A stretch of DNA of 60,843 bases, the filler included, from Candidatus Woesearchaeota archaeon CG1_02_57_44 (GTDB lineage: Archaea > Nanobdellota > Nanobdellia > Woesearchaeales > CG1-02-57-44): NCBI GenBank assembly GCA_001871415.1. It is 6 parts of 6 records of this genome, joined end to end, with 100 filler letters (N's around TTAATTAATTAA, not from the genome) between each part and the next. Parts side by side here need not be neighbours in the genome. Positions count along the whole stretch, not along the records: positions 1 to 30,747 come from MNWW01000075.1; 5 more parts are not named here. One strand, 5' to 3'. The position numbers were made by a program, and so were the translations under genes. This document shows positions 1-9,664 of this stretch, in pieces. Position 1 is the first letter of the stretch, and each line of letters starts with the position of its first letter. The notes beneath the pieces were generated by a model. It worked only from the letters and a program-made list of their open reading frames with translations, ran no database searches and had not been told where the DNA came from.

Positions 1-38
1 CTGATTACCTTATACCCTAACCCCGGAACCGTATCACC

Positions 39-905
39 ATGGAATCTGACAGCATCTACATCCTGCGCGAAGCAAAGCGCAGGTTCCGCAAGCCCGCGCT
101 CCTCTGGAGCATGGGCAAGGACAGCACGACGCTGCTCTGGCTATGCCGTAAGGCATTCTTCGGCAGCGTGCCCATGCCTGTGCTACACCTGGACACAGGA
201 TTCAAATTCCCCGAGATGTACGCGTTCCGTGACAAGCTGGCTGCTGCGTGGGACCTGGACCTCTTTGTCATCCGCGACAGCGCGACCACAGCAAGGCCTG
301 AGCAGGGGCGCTTCGCATGCTGCATGGCACGCAAGACAGACGCGCTCAAGATGGCCATCAAGGAGCACGGATTCGATGCGCTCATCGTGGGCATCCGCAG
401 GGATGAGCACGGGATACGCAACAAAGAGCGCTACTTCTCTCCTCGGCGCGACGGCAAGTGGGCGGTGTCGGGAGATGTGGCCATCAAGATGCGGGATCCT
501 GATCCACGCAGCGCTGGCGTCGATGCAGCCCATGTCTCTGGCGACGCGCCCGTGACATCGGAGCAGGACGCGGAGCTCGCGGGCTGGCACCTTTTCGCCA
601 CGGACTTCACCGGCGCCGACCATGTGCGCATCCACCCGCTGTTGCACTGGACGGAGCTGGACGTGTGGCGCTATGTGCGCGACGAGGGAATCCCTGTCGC
701 GCCGCTGTACTTCGCGGTCGGAGGGAAGCGCTACCGCAGCCTCGGCTGCATGCCCTGCACGCATCCGGTCGCATCGACGGCAAGCACGGTGGATGAGATC
801 ATCACCGAGCTGGAGCGCACGCGGACCGCGGAGCGCGACGGGAGGTCCCAGGACAAGGAAGAGGCGCACATGATGGAGCGGCTGCGCAGTCTGGGCTACC
901 TCTGA
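39..905 (+). CDS. cysD: Sulfate adenylyltransferase subunit 2 (PAPS-reductase family)
   Basis: LLWSMGKDS PP-loop, LHLDTGFKFPEMYAFRD, GIRRDE, HVRIHPLLHWTELDVW and YRSLGCMPCT motifs. Confidence 0.9.
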   Translation: MESDSIYILREAKRRFRKPALLWSMGKDSTTLLWLCRKAFFGSVPMPVLHLDTGFKFPEMYAFRDKLAAAWDLDLFVIRDSATTARPEQGRFACCMARKTDALKMAIKEHGFDALIVGIRRDEHGIRNKERYFSPRRDGKWAVSGDVAIKMRDPDPRSAGVDAAHVSGDAPVTSEQDAELAGWHLFATDFTGADHVRIHPLLHWTELDVWRYVRDEGIPVAPLYFAVGGKRYRSLGCMPCTHPVASTASTVDEIITELERTRTAERDGRSQDKEEAHMMERLRSLGYL

Positions 906-1070
906 CACCTGCGGGGAGGTTGCGAAGTCCGCGGACGGCGCGCAGGCAGATACCGCAGGGACATATGATGGGGCGGTGACCAGATGGGGCGGTGGCGGCT
1001 GCTCGCCGGGCGCGCCTGGTCAACGACACAATTACGACACAGGACACAATTCCGACAAGGTCATAGGAAG

Positions 1071-1970
1071 ATGAACATGCTGATACTCGCACTCGACGCA
1101 TTGGACCATGAGCGCACGGTCCGCTACGGCTGCGGCAACCTGCTGCAGACGCATCATGGCACGACGGACCTCTCTGGCTACACCGAGCCACGCACCATGG
1201 TGCTCTGGAGCTCGTTCCTCGCGCAACAGAACGTGGAAGCAGAGGTGATGTCAGGGACGCTCTGGGATTTCTCTTTGCCCCTTCAGCGCACGTTCCTCGC
1301 TGACTGGCCGCGGCATCTGGTCTTCGACCTTCCGGGGTATTCGTACGCCGCTGAGCTGCACGCGCGCGAGCGCGCATTGCTCAAGCAATACTTCTCCGAG
1401 CGGGTCGGCGGGCGGGGCGCGACCTCTGGTGGCAGTGCCGGGCAGGCGCCGCTCAGCGAGGATGCCTACTGCGCTGCCATGCTGGAACATCACGTGCAGC
1501 AAGAGCGGGCGTTGTTCCTTGAACTCCCGCGTCTGCTGGGTCGCCGCGTGAGCACGCAGGCAGGGCCAGCGGCAGCCACGTCTCCTGATACACCTGCCAG
1601 CACCGCTCCTGATGACGCGCTGATCGTCGCCTACTTCTCCCTCGCTGACACGGTCGGGCATGTGTGCTTTGGCGATGAGAGACGTATGCGCTCGGTGTAT
1701 GCCATGCTCGACGAGCTGGCCGGCAGGATCATGGCCCTGATGCCCGGTCCGACGCTGATATGCTCGGACCATGGCATGCGGGCGCTGGGCCGCTACGGCG
1801 ACCACAGCAGGGAAGGATTCTGGTCCACGAACACGGCGTCGCTCGGCAGGCCACGCATCGAAGAGCTCTATCAGGCATTCGGGCGTAGCGCGCTCGTCAC
1901 AGCCGCCGCGGGATTTCCGGAGCGGATTGACGCCGCTGCGATCGGCAGGACGCCAGGTGATCACGGATGA
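1071..1970 (+). CDS. Alkaline-phosphatase-superfamily (nucleotide pyrophosphatase/sulfatase-like) protein
   Basis: ILALDAL first metal Asp, EPRTMVLWSSFL nucleophile region, ADTVGH, CSDHG, GDH; ATG at 1071 preferred over the 984 start. Confidence 0.75.
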   Translation: MNMLILALDALDHERTVRYGCGNLLQTHHGTTDLSGYTEPRTMVLWSSFLAQQNVEAEVMSGTLWDFSLPLQRTFLADWPRHLVFDLPGYSYAAELHARERALLKQYFSERVGGRGATSGGSAGQAPLSEDAYCAAMLEHHVQQERALFLELPRLLGRRVSTQAGPAAATSPDTPASTAPDDALIVAYFSLADTVGHVCFGDERRMRSVYAMLDELAGRIMALMPGPTLICSDHGMRALGRYGDHSREGFWSTNTASLGRPRIEELYQAFGRSALVTAAAGFPERIDAAAIGRTPGDHG

Positions 1971-2848
1971 AGACACTCGTCATCGGCATCGACGCCCTCG
2001 ATGGCAGGCTGGTCGACCGCTGGCGGCTTGCGTACCTTCGTCTGCAGGAGCGCGGTCCAGTCACGGTCCCTATCAACAAGGAGCGCAAAGAGCCCCTCAG
2101 CCCGGAGGTATGGGCGACGTTCCTCGCGGGCAAGCATGTGGCCCTAGAATTCATGTTCCAGAGCGATATCCCTTTCGCCACGCATCTGCATCGGCTCGGC
2201 CACGCAGTGGGCAAAGTCATCCGCCCGCGCACCGGCCTTTTCCTGGCCGCAGGGCGCGCCGCAGGGATACGCATGCGCTTCCCCCTGCTCAAGGAGCGCA
2301 CCTTCCTTGATGACTGCAGCTCCGCATGGGTCAACAACCCTTTCCGTGATTTCACCCAGCGGCATCCTCACCATTTCTCCCGCGTGCAGAAATGTGTGGA
2401 GGGACACATACCGTACCCCGTGTTCCTCTCCTCCCTGCAGGAAGACTTCAGCAAGGACCGGCGGGACATCCTCGCGGCCGTCCGCTCGACGGATGCGGAC
2501 CTGCTCTTCTGCTACCTCCCTTATCTCGATCACCTCCAGCATGTCTTCTTCAAGGACGAGCAACTCCTGCGGCAAGGCTACGGGGAGATGGACCAGTTCG
2601 TGCGTGACTGCATGGCCGCGGCGGACGCGCGACTGATACTGGTCATCGCCGACCACGGCATGCAGGACGGCCATCACACCAGCACCGGCTACTACGCGTC
2701 GAGCCGAGCCCTCGATATAGCGAAGCCGGGCATCCAGGTCGACATCAGGGACTTCTACGACGTCATCCTCGCGTCACTGGACCTGCCGACCCGGGTGGAG
2801 AACAAGACCATAGCGGAACGGCTCAGCGCACTCGGGTATTTCACGTGA
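1967..2848 (+). CDS. Alkaline-phosphatase-superfamily protein (second paralog)
   Basis: VIGIDAL, EPLSPEVWATFL, LDHLQH, IADHG, GHH; C-terminal ERLSALGY; ATGA overlap with the previous gene. Confidence 0.75.
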   Translation: MKTLVIGIDALDGRLVDRWRLAYLRLQERGPVTVPINKERKEPLSPEVWATFLAGKHVALEFMFQSDIPFATHLHRLGHAVGKVIRPRTGLFLAAGRAAGIRMRFPLLKERTFLDDCSSAWVNNPFRDFTQRHPHHFSRVQKCVEGHIPYPVFLSSLQEDFSKDRRDILAAVRSTDADLLFCYLPYLDHLQHVFFKDEQLLRQGYGEMDQFVRDCMAAADARLILVIADHGMQDGHHTSTGYYASSRALDIAKPGIQVDIRDFYDVILASLDLPTRVENKTIAERLSALGYFT

Positions 2849-4251
2849 TTGCATCCCTGACCCCATCATCACGCTCTTCCTATGCATACTCTTCTGGAGT
2901 GGACATCATGCGCACATCACCACCAGCATCCCGACGTGGATCCGTGCCTGAGGGCGCCCTGCCGCCGACAGGAGCGAAGCGCTCACAGGTGGTCACGCGG
3001 ACGGTCCGGCAGGCAGGCATGAAATCGCCCCAACAAGGTCGCGCACACGGCAACGCCAGGGCGAGCCCGGAGCGCGTCCTGCTCGGCATCACACTGCTCT
3101 TCATCTTCATACCCCTGGCCGTGGAGGTGCAGCATATCCTGGTGGTCTTCTTCATGCCTCCCCTGCTCTTGCTGTTCACCTACTGGATGCTCACGGCGCC
3201 TCCTTTACGGCTCGGCCGATGGGATGTCTTGCTGTTGCTTCTCGGCTTCTGGGCGCTCTTTGCCGGATACCTCGTGCCTTCGGCGACACCCGCTAAGGCA
3301 TATCCCTTCGCGGCGGCCCTCCTGCTCGGGGTCTACGCGCGCCATCGATATGGCAAGGCATTCGACATGGATTTCCTGATCAGATTCTTCCAGGCGGTCA
3401 TCCTCCTGCAGCTGGTGGTCGCGCTCGCGCAGGGCATCACCCACTCATCCATCGGGTACATCCCTGACAGCATCGGATCGACTACCAACCAGATCACCGA
3501 CTACCCCGGCGCGCTCTACCGGGTCGTGGGCACGGTCGGCTACTGGAACACCCTGTCCGGTCTTCTGCTGCTGCTCCTGCCGTTCCTGTACCCGGGCATC
3601 GACGATCGACGCGTCGGCCTGCGCGTCCTGCTCGGTGTCTGCAGCTGCCTGCTGATCGCCTACAATGTGTCGCGCTTCGCGCTGCTCCTCATCCCTGTGT
3701 ACCTGTCCATGGCCTGGCCTGGCATGATCAGACGGCGCAGGCTGCCGATGCTCGCGGGCGCGCTCCTGCTGCTCATCGTGTCATTCATCTTGCTGGCGCT
3801 CCTGCTGCCGACATTCCTGCCCCTCGTCGAGCAGCGCTGGGATGCGGCCCGCGTGGACCTCGGCTATCGTCTCCAGCAATGGAGGAGCGCGGCATCGGTC
3901 ATCGCCGAGCATCCACTCCTGGGCATCGGCTTTGGCACGAGCAGGGTCGAATACGCGGTCTCCTACGAGTCCTACTTCTGGGTCGACCGACCACACAACC
4001 TCCTGCTCCTGCTCGCCAGCGAATCAGGCCTGCCGGCGCTGCTGCTCTTCTGCGCGGCGATCGTCATCGCGCTGCGCAGACCCGCTGTCGACCGCGCGTC
4101 GCGCACCCTGCGCATCAGCATCATCCTCGTCCTGATGCTCTCCCTCATCTACCTCTTTCCTGTGGAATTCGTCATCTGGCCTCTCTTCATCTTCCTGCTT
4201 GGGACCTACATGGGTGTCACTGATGGAACAATCGCTCACGACGCTACGTAA
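2845..4251 (+). CDS. O-antigen ligase/polymerase (Wzy_C)-like membrane protein
   Basis: About 11 hydrophobic segments; RVVGTVGYWN, SR, HPLLGIG, PHN..L..ESGL motifs; true start may be later (2908 or 3019). Confidence 0.75.
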   Translation: MIASLTPSSRSSYAYSSGVDIMRTSPPASRRGSVPEGALPPTGAKRSQVVTRTVRQAGMKSPQQGRAHGNARASPERVLLGITLLFIFIPLAVEVQHILVVFFMPPLLLLFTYWMLTAPPLRLGRWDVLLLLLGFWALFAGYLVPSATPAKAYPFAAALLLGVYARHRYGKAFDMDFLIRFFQAVILLQLVVALAQGITHSSIGYIPDSIGSTTNQITDYPGALYRVVGTVGYWNTLSGLLLLLLPFLYPGIDDRRVGLRVLLGVCSCLLIAYNVSRFALLLIPVYLSMAWPGMIRRRRLPMLAGALLLLIVSFILLALLLPTFLPLVEQRWDAARVDLGYRLQQWRSAASVIAEHPLLGIGFGTSRVEYAVSYESYFWVDRPHNLLLLLASESGLPALLLFCAAIVIALRRPAVDRASRTLRISIILVLMLSLIYLFPVEFVIWPLFIFLLGTYMGVTDGTIAHDAT

Positions 4252-5521
4252 GGGCACGCTCGCCGGCCTGCTGGGGCTCGGCCTGCTGCAAGCACTCTCC
4301 TTCGTAGCCCTGCTGCTCAAGGCGCGGCTGCTGACGCAGGCACAGTTCGGCACACTCGCGCTGGCCACGTCCCTGGTGCTCTTCTTCTCGGTCCTGGCGT
4401 CAGGGCTCTCTAGCACCCTGCTCCGGTACGGCTCGGTGCACGGGGCCCCGGCGGTCGTGGGCCTGTATCGCCGCAGCGTCGTCGGCCTCGCGGGTCTCGC
4501 AGGGCTGCTCGCGCTGTCCGCGCCATTCGTGTCTTCGTTGTACCATCTGCCTGAGATGACATCGCTCCTGCGGATACTCTCGCTCGGAGGGTTCTGCTCT
4601 GGCATCCTGCTCCTGCATAGCGGTCTGCTGCGCAGCAGGATGCAGGTCGTGTCGGACTACACTATCCAGGCGCTCCAGCAGACCGTCTTCCTGCTGCTCC
4701 TGCTCGCGCTCCCGCTCTTCGGGGATCGGCTGCAGGCATTCGCCTGGTTCTACAGCGTCTCGATGCTGCTCGGGGCAGTGCTGTCCACCTTCATCCTGCG
4801 TAGGGTACTGTCTGGCTTGGGCGTCCTTGACGACTCTTCTGCTCCAAAACCCTCTGGCATGTATGGCTTCGCCGCCACGCAGTCGCTCACCCAGCTTCTG
4901 GGGCGCTTCCAGGGGGATTTCATCCTCTTCGTGCTGGCCATGAGCCTCGCGCCGTCGCAGCTGGCACTGTATCGCGTGGCCCTCGTCGTCGGCCTTCTGC
5001 CGGGGCTGTTCCTGCAGGCGCTCAACAACATCTTCGCGCCGCTCGCAGGGCAGCTTGTCGCCAGCAGGGACCTATCGACCCTGCGCTCACTGCACGCGAA
5101 GGCGAGTGCCGTGCTCTTCTGCTGCTGGGCATCGCTCTTCGTCTGTTTCCTGCTGTGGGGCAGGCAGCTGCTCGGCATCTTCGGCGATGATTATCGCATC
5201 GCCTATCTCCCCCTGCTCATCATCGCCGCCTCCGAGGCAGTGGATCTCGGCGTGGGACCCTCAGGATACGTGGTGCTCATGATGGGGCGAGCGTCCCTGC
5301 TGCTGCTGAACACGGTCGTGCTTCTCGCGCTGCTTATCTGGCTCACCCTCGCGCTCGCGCCTACGCTCGGCGTGCTCGGGGGCGCCATCGCCTACGCCGT
5401 CAGCAATGTCCTCACGAATCTCCTGCGCCTCGCGGAGGCGCTCTGGCTGTACCGGCACCCCCCGCAGGAGCATATCGTGCCTGCGTCGCTTGCGTCGCCT
5501 GAGTCGCGCCCAGGGGTGTGA
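4223..5521 (+). CDS. Wzx-like oligosaccharide flippase (MOP superfamily)
   Basis: Many TM helices; ARLLTQAQFG start, LALYRVA, LLGIFGDDY, GVLGGAIA patterns typical of polysaccharide exporters. Confidence 0.8.
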   Translation: MEQSLTTLRKGTLAGLLGLGLLQALSFVALLLKARLLTQAQFGTLALATSLVLFFSVLASGLSSTLLRYGSVHGAPAVVGLYRRSVVGLAGLAGLLALSAPFVSSLYHLPEMTSLLRILSLGGFCSGILLLHSGLLRSRMQVVSDYTIQALQQTVFLLLLLALPLFGDRLQAFAWFYSVSMLLGAVLSTFILRRVLSGLGVLDDSSAPKPSGMYGFAATQSLTQLLGRFQGDFILFVLAMSLAPSQLALYRVALVVGLLPGLFLQALNNIFAPLAGQLVASRDLSTLRSLHAKASAVLFCCWASLFVCFLLWGRQLLGIFGDDYRIAYLPLLIIAASEAVDLGVGPSGYVVLMMGRASLLLLNTVVLLALLIWLTLALAPTLGVLGGAIAYAVSNVLTNLLRLAEALWLYRHPPQEHIVPASLASPESRPGV

Positions 5522-5720
5522 CCATGCCCGCGTCCCATCCATCTCATCCGGCATCGAGGCCCCTGCGAGGGTCAGCTCATACACAATACACTATACACTA
5601 TGTGTCCAACATGTCCCACATACTCCCTGTGCACCACGCACCCCCTGTGTTTCCTATTCCCCCCGTGGCTCACCTACTTTATATGTCCCCCCTGTACTTC
5701 ACCTGCCCGGAGATGCTGCC

Positions 5721-7520
5721 ATGATCGCGAGAGACACACAGCGGACATCAGCGGCCTTGATCAGCGTCGTCATCGCGTGCAGGGACGCTGAAGCCAGCAT
5801 CGAGGCGAACGTGGCGAGCATCCTCGCGGCGGCGTCCCGCGTTCGGCATCGTCAGGTCGAGGTCATCTACGTCGACGACCATTCTACGGACCGCACCGTC
5901 GCGCTGCTTAGCCACCATCCGGTGCGCGTCATCCACTCGCCAGGGCGCGGGGTCTCCGCCGCCCGGCAGGAAGGTGTGCGTCGCGCGTGCGGCAGCATCA
6001 TCGCGTTCACGGACAGCGACACGGTCGTCAGTTCTGGCTGGCTGGAGGCGTTGGTGAAGCCCTTCGTCAATCCGCATATCGTGGGCGCGGCGGGCATCAC
6101 CCGCATCCTTCCGGGCACGAGTCTCGCCAGCAGGGTGCGCTCGACCGAGCGCGATCTGCGCAACGAGAGGATCCTTTCGTCGCCGATGCCCTGGCAGGGC
6201 TGGGCCCACGGCACCAACGCGGCGTACCGCGCCGAAGCGTTGCGCGCTGCCGGCGGATTCTCCCCTGCATGGTATCACGCCGAAGACCATGAGGTGGGTC
6301 TCCTGCTGTCCGAAGGCAAAGGCCGCATCGCGCTTGCCCGCCACGCGCTCGTCACGCACCAGCCAGAGGAAGGACTCCTGCGGCTGCTCGCCAACCGCTT
6401 GCGCAACGCACGCGCGTCGGCCAGGGTGTACGCGGGCGATGCCTCGCGCGTCGGACGCGACCACTACTTCTCGTCCACCAGACTGCAGGCGGCGCTGCTG
6501 CTGTCGGTGCTGCTCTGCATCCTGCTGGCGGCCTGCGGGCAGACTGCGCAATGGTCATGGCTCCTCCTGTGCATCGCGGGGGTGCTGCTTCTCGCCTACG
6601 CGCTCTCTTATCGTCAGCTGCTGCGTCGCATCCCTGCACGCCCGTGCCAACTGCCCGCTGCGCTGGGCATCTGCGCGCTCAAGGACACCGCCATCGTGCT
6701 CGGCACATTCACAGGCCTTTTACTGTGGCTGCTGTCGTATCCTGCCTGCAAACGTACGCTGGATGCGCTCTCCTCGGCGCTGCTGCTCCTGCTGCTCTCT
6801 CCTCTCCTGTTGTTCATCAGCATAGCTGTCATCGTCGATAGCGGCTGGCCTGTCCTCTACATGCAGGAACGCTTGGGCCTGCGGGGAAAGATATTCCGCA
6901 TCCATAAGTTTCGCACCATGCCGCCTGGCTCAGAGCCTGACGGTCCTGTCTGGAGGACAGAGCGGGATGCGCGCTTCACGCGCATGGGCGCATGGCTTGA
7001 GCGCGGGAACCTCAACGAGCTTCCCCAGCTCTGGAACATCCTGAAAGGGGACATGAGCTTCGTCGGTCCCCGGCCGGAGCGTGCGCACTTCCACACCCTG
7101 TTCCTCGCGAGGTATGCGCGATGGGGTGAGCGGCTCCAGATGCGTCCCGGCCTCACCGGCCTCGCGCAGGTCAATGGATTCGTCGGCGACACGAGCATCA
7201 GCGGGCGCCTGAGCCATGACCTGGCTTACGTGACGCGGCGCTCGCTCCTGCTGGACGCGCGGATCATCATCGCCACAATCGCGCGCTTCTTTGGCATCAG
7301 CGTCCCGGAGTCGATCACACGATTGCGCGTGCCTGATCGGGGATTGCCTTCGCATGGAGCGTCTGCGCGTGGACCGGCGAGAGCAGGTCGGCAGCGCGAT
7401 GCGCCCCGCGCCCGCCCGCGTCACGCGCAGGGGAGCGAGCACACGACCGACCCTGGGGTCAAGATATTGAGGAGGAGTCCACGCAGGAACGCCAAGCGAG
7501 GTCGGGGGCGCGCACCATGA
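5721..7520 (+). CDS. GT2 glycosyltransferase fused to a bacterial-type monotopic phosphoglycosyl transferase (Bac_transf) domain
   Basis: N-terminal ISVVIA, YVDDHSTD, FTDSD, AED; C-terminal KRTLD, KFRTM, NELPQLWNILKGDMSFVGPRPE, PGLTGLAQV. Confidence 0.85.
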   Translation: MIARDTQRTSAALISVVIACRDAEASIEANVASILAAASRVRHRQVEVIYVDDHSTDRTVALLSHHPVRVIHSPGRGVSAARQEGVRRACGSIIAFTDSDTVVSSGWLEALVKPFVNPHIVGAAGITRILPGTSLASRVRSTERDLRNERILSSPMPWQGWAHGTNAAYRAEALRAAGGFSPAWYHAEDHEVGLLLSEGKGRIALARHALVTHQPEEGLLRLLANRLRNARASARVYAGDASRVGRDHYFSSTRLQAALLLSVLLCILLAACGQTAQWSWLLLCIAGVLLLAYALSYRQLLRRIPARPCQLPAALGICALKDTAIVLGTFTGLLLWLLSYPACKRTLDALSSALLLLLLSPLLLFISIAVIVDSGWPVLYMQERLGLRGKIFRIHKFRTMPPGSEPDGPVWRTERDARFTRMGAWLERGNLNELPQLWNILKGDMSFVGPRPERAHFHTLFLARYARWGERLQMRPGLTGLAQVNGFVGDTSISGRLSHDLAYVTRRSLLLDARIIIATIARFFGISVPESITRLRVPDRGLPSHGASARGPARAGRQRDAPRARPRHAQGSEHTTDPGVKILRRSPRRNAKRGRGRAP

Positions 7521-9664
7521 GAGTATTGCTGGTCGACCAGGCGATACTTCCCTATCATGTCCCGGTGCTGGAAGCGCTGCGTGAGCGCCATGACGTGCGA
7601 GCGATCATCGGCAGCAGCCATACCTCTTCCTGGGACTGGAAAACCCCTCGACGAGATTGGATACAGTTCATCAACGGCATCGTCGCGCGGTGCACGCATG
7701 ACTATTTCTTCAGCTTCCCCTCTCCGATGATCGGCGGATTCTGGAAACGCTTTGACGCCATCGCTCCAGAGGCCGTCATGGTGAAGGCTTACTCCACGCC
7801 GATCGCGGTATCGGCCATCCTGTACGCGAAGCGCAATAACCTTCCCTTGCTCATCTGGTGGGGTTCGCATGAGCGCAGCAGCACGGCGCGATATCCACCG
7901 ATCACCGTCATTCGCAAGATGCTCCTTCGTCGCGCGGACGCGTTCCTCACCTATGGCTCGCTGGCGAGCGAGTATCTGGTGCGTCTCGGGATATCTCCCG
8001 AACGCATCGTGACATCGGGGAATGTCCCGGACCTTTCTGCGCTAGGCAGGGTGGATGTCTCTCGACAATCACCACGGCGACGGACGAGGTTCCTGTACGT
8101 CGGGCAGTACATACCTCGCAAAGGCATCTCCTTAATGCTCGCAGCGTTCTCACGTCTTCCCAGGGATCGCGCGGAACTCACTTTGATAGGCAAGGGGCCT
8201 TTGGAGCACGCAATCAAGCACGCCGCTGCGCAGGGGTCCGGGCCTCCTTTGCGTCTTCATGGCCCCTCGTCCAGTATCCAGGAGCTTTCCCTATCATATG
8301 CATCGGCGGACGTCATCGTTCTGCCCAGCAAAAGAGAGGTCTATGGCATGGCCGTCGCTGAAGGGCTTGCCGCAGGATGCTACTGCCTCGCGTCGTATCA
8401 GGCAGGCGTGACCCGGGATCTTATCCTGCGCGCGCCGCTTGACGTAGGCATGGCGCACGAGACCGATGACGTGGCAGGGCTTGAGCGCAATATGCGCCAG
8501 GCCATGCAGCTGCGTGAATCCGGGCGCATCAGGCACAAGGCGATCGCCGCGTGGGGAAGGAAGCGTACTGCCAAAGGCATGGCAGCGGATATGGAACGCG
8601 CGCTGAATATCGCGGTACGCATGCATGGTCGGGATACTGACGCGGCTGTTGATGCTGACGCGGCTGTTGATGCTGACGCGTCTGCCAGGGTGAAGACTGC
8701 TGCGTCCTGTGCTCGAGCGTCGGAGGGCCTCACGGCGGCAGTGGCTCCGCAGGCGCCGCGCGCCAGCGTCACGGTCTGCATCTCGACATATCGGCGTGTC
8801 AAGCTGCTCCTGCGGCAGCTGGACGCGATTGACGCCCAGCGCGGCCTTGAGCGTTGCAAGGTCGTCGTCGTCGTCGTGGACAACAGCGGCGATGGCATCA
8901 TCGCGCCGCTGCTGGCAAAGCGCAAAGGCAGGTTCCCTGTCCGTGTGTTCTTTGCTCCTGGACCGAATGTCGCGATCGCGCGCAACAAGTCTGTCGCCGA
9001 GTCGACCGGAGACTTCATCGCCTTCACGGATGATGACACGGTCGTCTCGAAGGATTGGCTCGCGACATTGCTCATGGTGCAAGATGAATACCGCGCTACG
9101 GCAGTGCAGGGATTCACTCGTACACTTCTCCCCCGCAATAGTCGGCTATCGCGCTATCCGCCTGTCGCATATATCCATACTATCATAGGGGCCACTGGTT
9201 CGCACACCATCGAGCTATGCACGGCCAACTGCCTGGTGAGGAGAGACGCGCTTGCGGGTCTCGACGGGCCGTTCAATCCCGCCTACGGCAGGATGGGTGG
9301 CGAGGATGCAGAGATGGCGCTGCGACTGCATCTGCTGGGCGCGCGCATGATATGTGCTGTTATGGCAGATGCTGACGAACCTTTGAGGGAGGAGCGCGCA
9401 TCGTTGTATCGATACATCAACCGTGCCTACAATTGCAATCAGGGGCTCAGTCACATGCGTATGGAGCAAGGAGTCATGTCACGATGGCAAGTGATGTTGA
9501 AGGCGAGTGTGGTCCTGGCAGGATGCATCGTACTGCTTCCTTTCTCCTTGCTCTTCGGCATCACTGGATTGCAAGCAGTCGTCCGTCGTGGAGCGGGGCA
9601 GGTCGGTCATCTCTCCGCGCTGATGGGCAGAAGGGATCCAAGGTTCCTGGAAGGTGGTCGCTGA
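7517..9664 (+). CDS. GT4 + GT2 two-domain glycosyltransferase
   Basis: GT4: YVGQYIPRKG, LPSKREVYGMAVAEG; GT2: VCISTYRR, VVDN, ARN, FTDDD, GGED; Ala/Asp linker between domains. Confidence 0.85.
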   Translation: MRVLLVDQAILPYHVPVLEALRERHDVRAIIGSSHTSSWDWKTPRRDWIQFINGIVARCTHDYFFSFPSPMIGGFWKRFDAIAPEAVMVKAYSTPIAVSAILYAKRNNLPLLIWWGSHERSSTARYPPITVIRKMLLRRADAFLTYGSLASEYLVRLGISPERIVTSGNVPDLSALGRVDVSRQSPRRRTRFLYVGQYIPRKGISLMLAAFSRLPRDRAELTLIGKGPLEHAIKHAAAQGSGPPLRLHGPSSSIQELSLSYASADVIVLPSKREVYGMAVAEGLAAGCYCLASYQAGVTRDLILRAPLDVGMAHETDDVAGLERNMRQAMQLRESGRIRHKAIAAWGRKRTAKGMAADMERALNIAVRMHGRDTDAAVDADAAVDADASARVKTAASCARASEGLTAAVAPQAPRASVTVCISTYRRVKLLLRQLDAIDAQRGLERCKVVVVVVDNSGDGIIAPLLAKRKGRFPVRVFFAPGPNVAIARNKSVAESTGDFIAFTDDDTVVSKDWLATLLMVQDEYRATAVQGFTRTLLPRNSRLSRYPPVAYIHTIIGATGSHTIELCTANCLVRRDALAGLDGPFNPAYGRMGGEDAEMALRLHLLGARMICAVMADADEPLREERASLYRYINRAYNCNQGLSHMRMEQGVMSRWQVMLKASVVLAGCIVLLPFSLLFGITGLQAVVRRGAGQVGHLSALMGRRDPRFLEGGR
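8637..8680 (+). repeat. 18-bp tandem repeat (about 2.4 copies) encoding a DAAVDA linker
   Basis: CTGACGCGGCTGTTGATG twice plus a partial copy, in frame between the GT4 and GT2 domains. Confidence 0.85.

Noticed and set aside
5406..5724. N-terminal extension of the GT2-PGT ORF and the 68-aa ORF at 5518
   Set aside because: Pyrimidine-rich low-complexity intergenic DNA; the GT2 domain starts after the ATG at 5721
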